The translations under genes were made by a program, and so were the position numbers. The notes under the pieces were generated by a model that was not told the origin of the DNA, ran no database searches, and saw only the letters and a list, made by a program, of their open reading frames with translations. Source: Curvularia clavata (taxonomy: Eukaryota). Taken from it: 64,000 bases of DNA. The stretch lies in contig CP089276.1 of the NCBI GenBank assembly GCA_023920165.1, positions 868,001 to 932,000 on the forward strand, given 5' to 3'. Below, one piece after another: positions 61,904-64,000 of the stretch; within the stretch, counting starts at the first letter, position 1, and every line of letters starts with the position of its first letter.

Positions 61904-62979
61904 GGCGAGTTGATGCAGCAATCCGTGGGCACGACTTGTAAGGGGAGGCTTTCTTCGAATAAGCCAATGCCAATACCAATCAATGCCTGCGCAGCTTGAT
62001 TGTGGATCTTGTCAAAGCACTCTGCAAGCTCGCTGAATGCGCTTGTGAGCAGGGGCGGGGATGGTGGTCTATACGAAACGACGTTGACTCGGATGTGAGG
62101 TCAGCGTTGAGGATCGCGACGTGCCGGGCATCTTGGTTGCCGAAAGGGGTAATTTTGGCCAAACCCGTTGATCGCAGGAGGTCGGCGGACCATGGAACCT
62201 TCGCCGACGCACCTCGGAGAACAGCTCGGCTGGCCATAGACCTTGCCTAAGCAGGTATCGCGTTTGCCTGATACAGATTTCTATGGTGGTATGTAGACCC
62301 TACGATAAGCATTCTGAAGTGAGCCTAGAGTGAAGATGCGAGTAGGCGTCTTGGAAACACATTTTCAACGCATTGGCAAAGCGTCTCAAAAAAAATAATC
62401 TCGAAGCCTTTCAACCCATTGCCCTAAACAAGGTCAACGTTGATAGATTCGGGTATAGCGGGGCTATGGCGCAGTGCTCGGTGTCTATGGTCGGCTCATA
62501 TGTCTACATGCACCTCTCACTGTAGCCATACGTGTGCGCCGTATTTGATGATATGTGCAATCTGAAGCCAGCGTATGTATAGCGCTAACTCTCTCCGTGG
62601 AACCTGATCTATCTGGACGTGATACTGCCTACACACACCCCTTCACCATTGGCAGACAGCGTTAGGCCACCCCCTGGATAGTCTTACATGCCTACCCGAG
62701 AATGCACATTCCAAAATGCCGCCAATCCTCCTTTCGACACAGCACTGATTGACGCAACCCTGATTAACTGCCTTCCTTATTTATGCATCACATATGCAAC
62801 TAGGCCGACATATCTACGACCTTGGCAACAGGTGCCGAACCGTTATTTGTGGCGCGCTTTAGCCGCCCAAGGCCTCATTGCCCGAGATGCTTGCAGGAAA
62901 AGTAGGAGATCCTATGTGCCAATTTAAATGCGCATGTACCCACGCAATGTGACCGTCTGTAAACTCTACCTTTTTGCAT

Positions 62980-64000
62980 ATGCCGACCTCCAAGATGGAT
63001 CTGAGCTCTCTGATATCCGTCACCACAGTGACCAATCTTTCCTTGCTCTTCGTCGTTTACTGGGTTGGCTGGATCATCTACTGTCGCACATTTCACCCAC
63101 TTGCACATGTGCCGGGCCCACTATGGCCTGCAGTCTCTAACACATGGCTCAGGTTACCGTCTCTGTCTATGGCCGTCATCAGTTTGATGCTAACATGCGG
63201 CCAGTAAGCACTCTAATAGACTCCATATGAAGAGGCCAACTTCACGCGTAACCCGATTGACCCTATTTCTTACGCGAATACAGTGTACCACATGTACCTA
63301 GGCGATGTGGAAGTTGCGCAGGATAAGTTACATCAACAATACGGATCACTTATACGTGTTGCGCCAAACGAAGTAGTATCAAATGATGCGAGCGCAATCC
63401 CCCTCATCTACCGCACTCATAATCCTCTTAATAAGACCGAATGGTATGGTATTGTAGTATATGCCGTTGAAATGTTTCACGCTGACCTTGCACGTCTATT
63501 TCAGGTTCGCTAATTTCCGACCTCGTGGCATCAGCGAGCACGCAGACTTATTCACCGAGTTGGACGAATCGAAGCACAACAGGCGCCGCAGGGTTGTTCA
63601 ACCAGCCTATCAGATGGCCCGTGTTTTGAAGAATGAAAAAGCATATGACCGATGCACGATGCTCTTGATGAAGAAACTAGGCGAGCTTGCTGCAAAGGAG
63701 GAAGACGTTGATCTCGGCCACTGGATTGAACTTTACGCCCATGATATACTTGGCAGCGTTTTCTTCGGCCGCGCCTTTGGCTATCTAGAGAAGGGTGGAG
63801 ACATAGACGCATTCATCGAATCTGTGGCGACCGCTACACCGCTCATGCATGTCATTGCTGCCGCACCGAGCTACGTGCGTGGTCTGATCTTGATGGGAGC
63901 TATGTGCATTCCTGGAACTCTGAAAGGACTAAAAGCCATCGAGATGATGATCAACGAAGCAAAGCGACAGACAAAGCTGGGAGTCGAACGTTCCGCTGAG
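62980..64000 (+). CDS. Cytochrome P450 (pisatin-demethylase-like clan), 5' part; alternative start at 62995
   Basis: N-terminal TM; FHPLAHVPGPLWPAVS; LHQQYGSLIRVAPNEVV; LFTELDESKHNRRRR; VDLGHWIELYAHDILGSVFFGRAFGYL. Complex intron 63152-63283 and intron 63444-63504. Confidence 0.92.

Overview
Gene-dense eukaryotic DNA from a filamentous ascomycete. Short GT-AG introns with CTRAC/CTAAY branch sites and the protein similarities fit Pezizomycotina, probably a Dothideomycete; this is inference only. I can support about 24 protein-coding genes: Rsp5/HulA (partial), an ABC1 kinase, NUC-2/Pho81, CRM1, a branched-chain aminotransferase, a kelch membrane protein, an SCP2-type thiolase, Cwf18, a PPR protein, a hexose transporter, a steroid 5-alpha-reductase, an R3H/SUZ protein, a zinc-knuckle SR protein, an NCBP3-like protein, an SSADH-like ALDH with a divergent SDR, Mic12, a partial P450 and several hypotheticals. 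There is also one intron-containing tRNA-Phe(GAA). Main observations: (1) a non-coding minus-strand locus at about 22.4-23.6 kb carries the 9-nt template TAACCCTAA inside extensive long-range pairing and is a candidate telomerase RNA gene; (2) the P450 gene has a [D1,2] spliceosomal twin intron; (3) an accessory HeLo-like + ubiquitin-like + Zn-ribbon + T5orf172 nuclease-like protein; (4) a probable non-AUG-initiated signal peptide; (5) an in-frame 84-nt duplication spanning a stop codon. All calls come from reading the sequence by eye; no database searches or folding programs were run.
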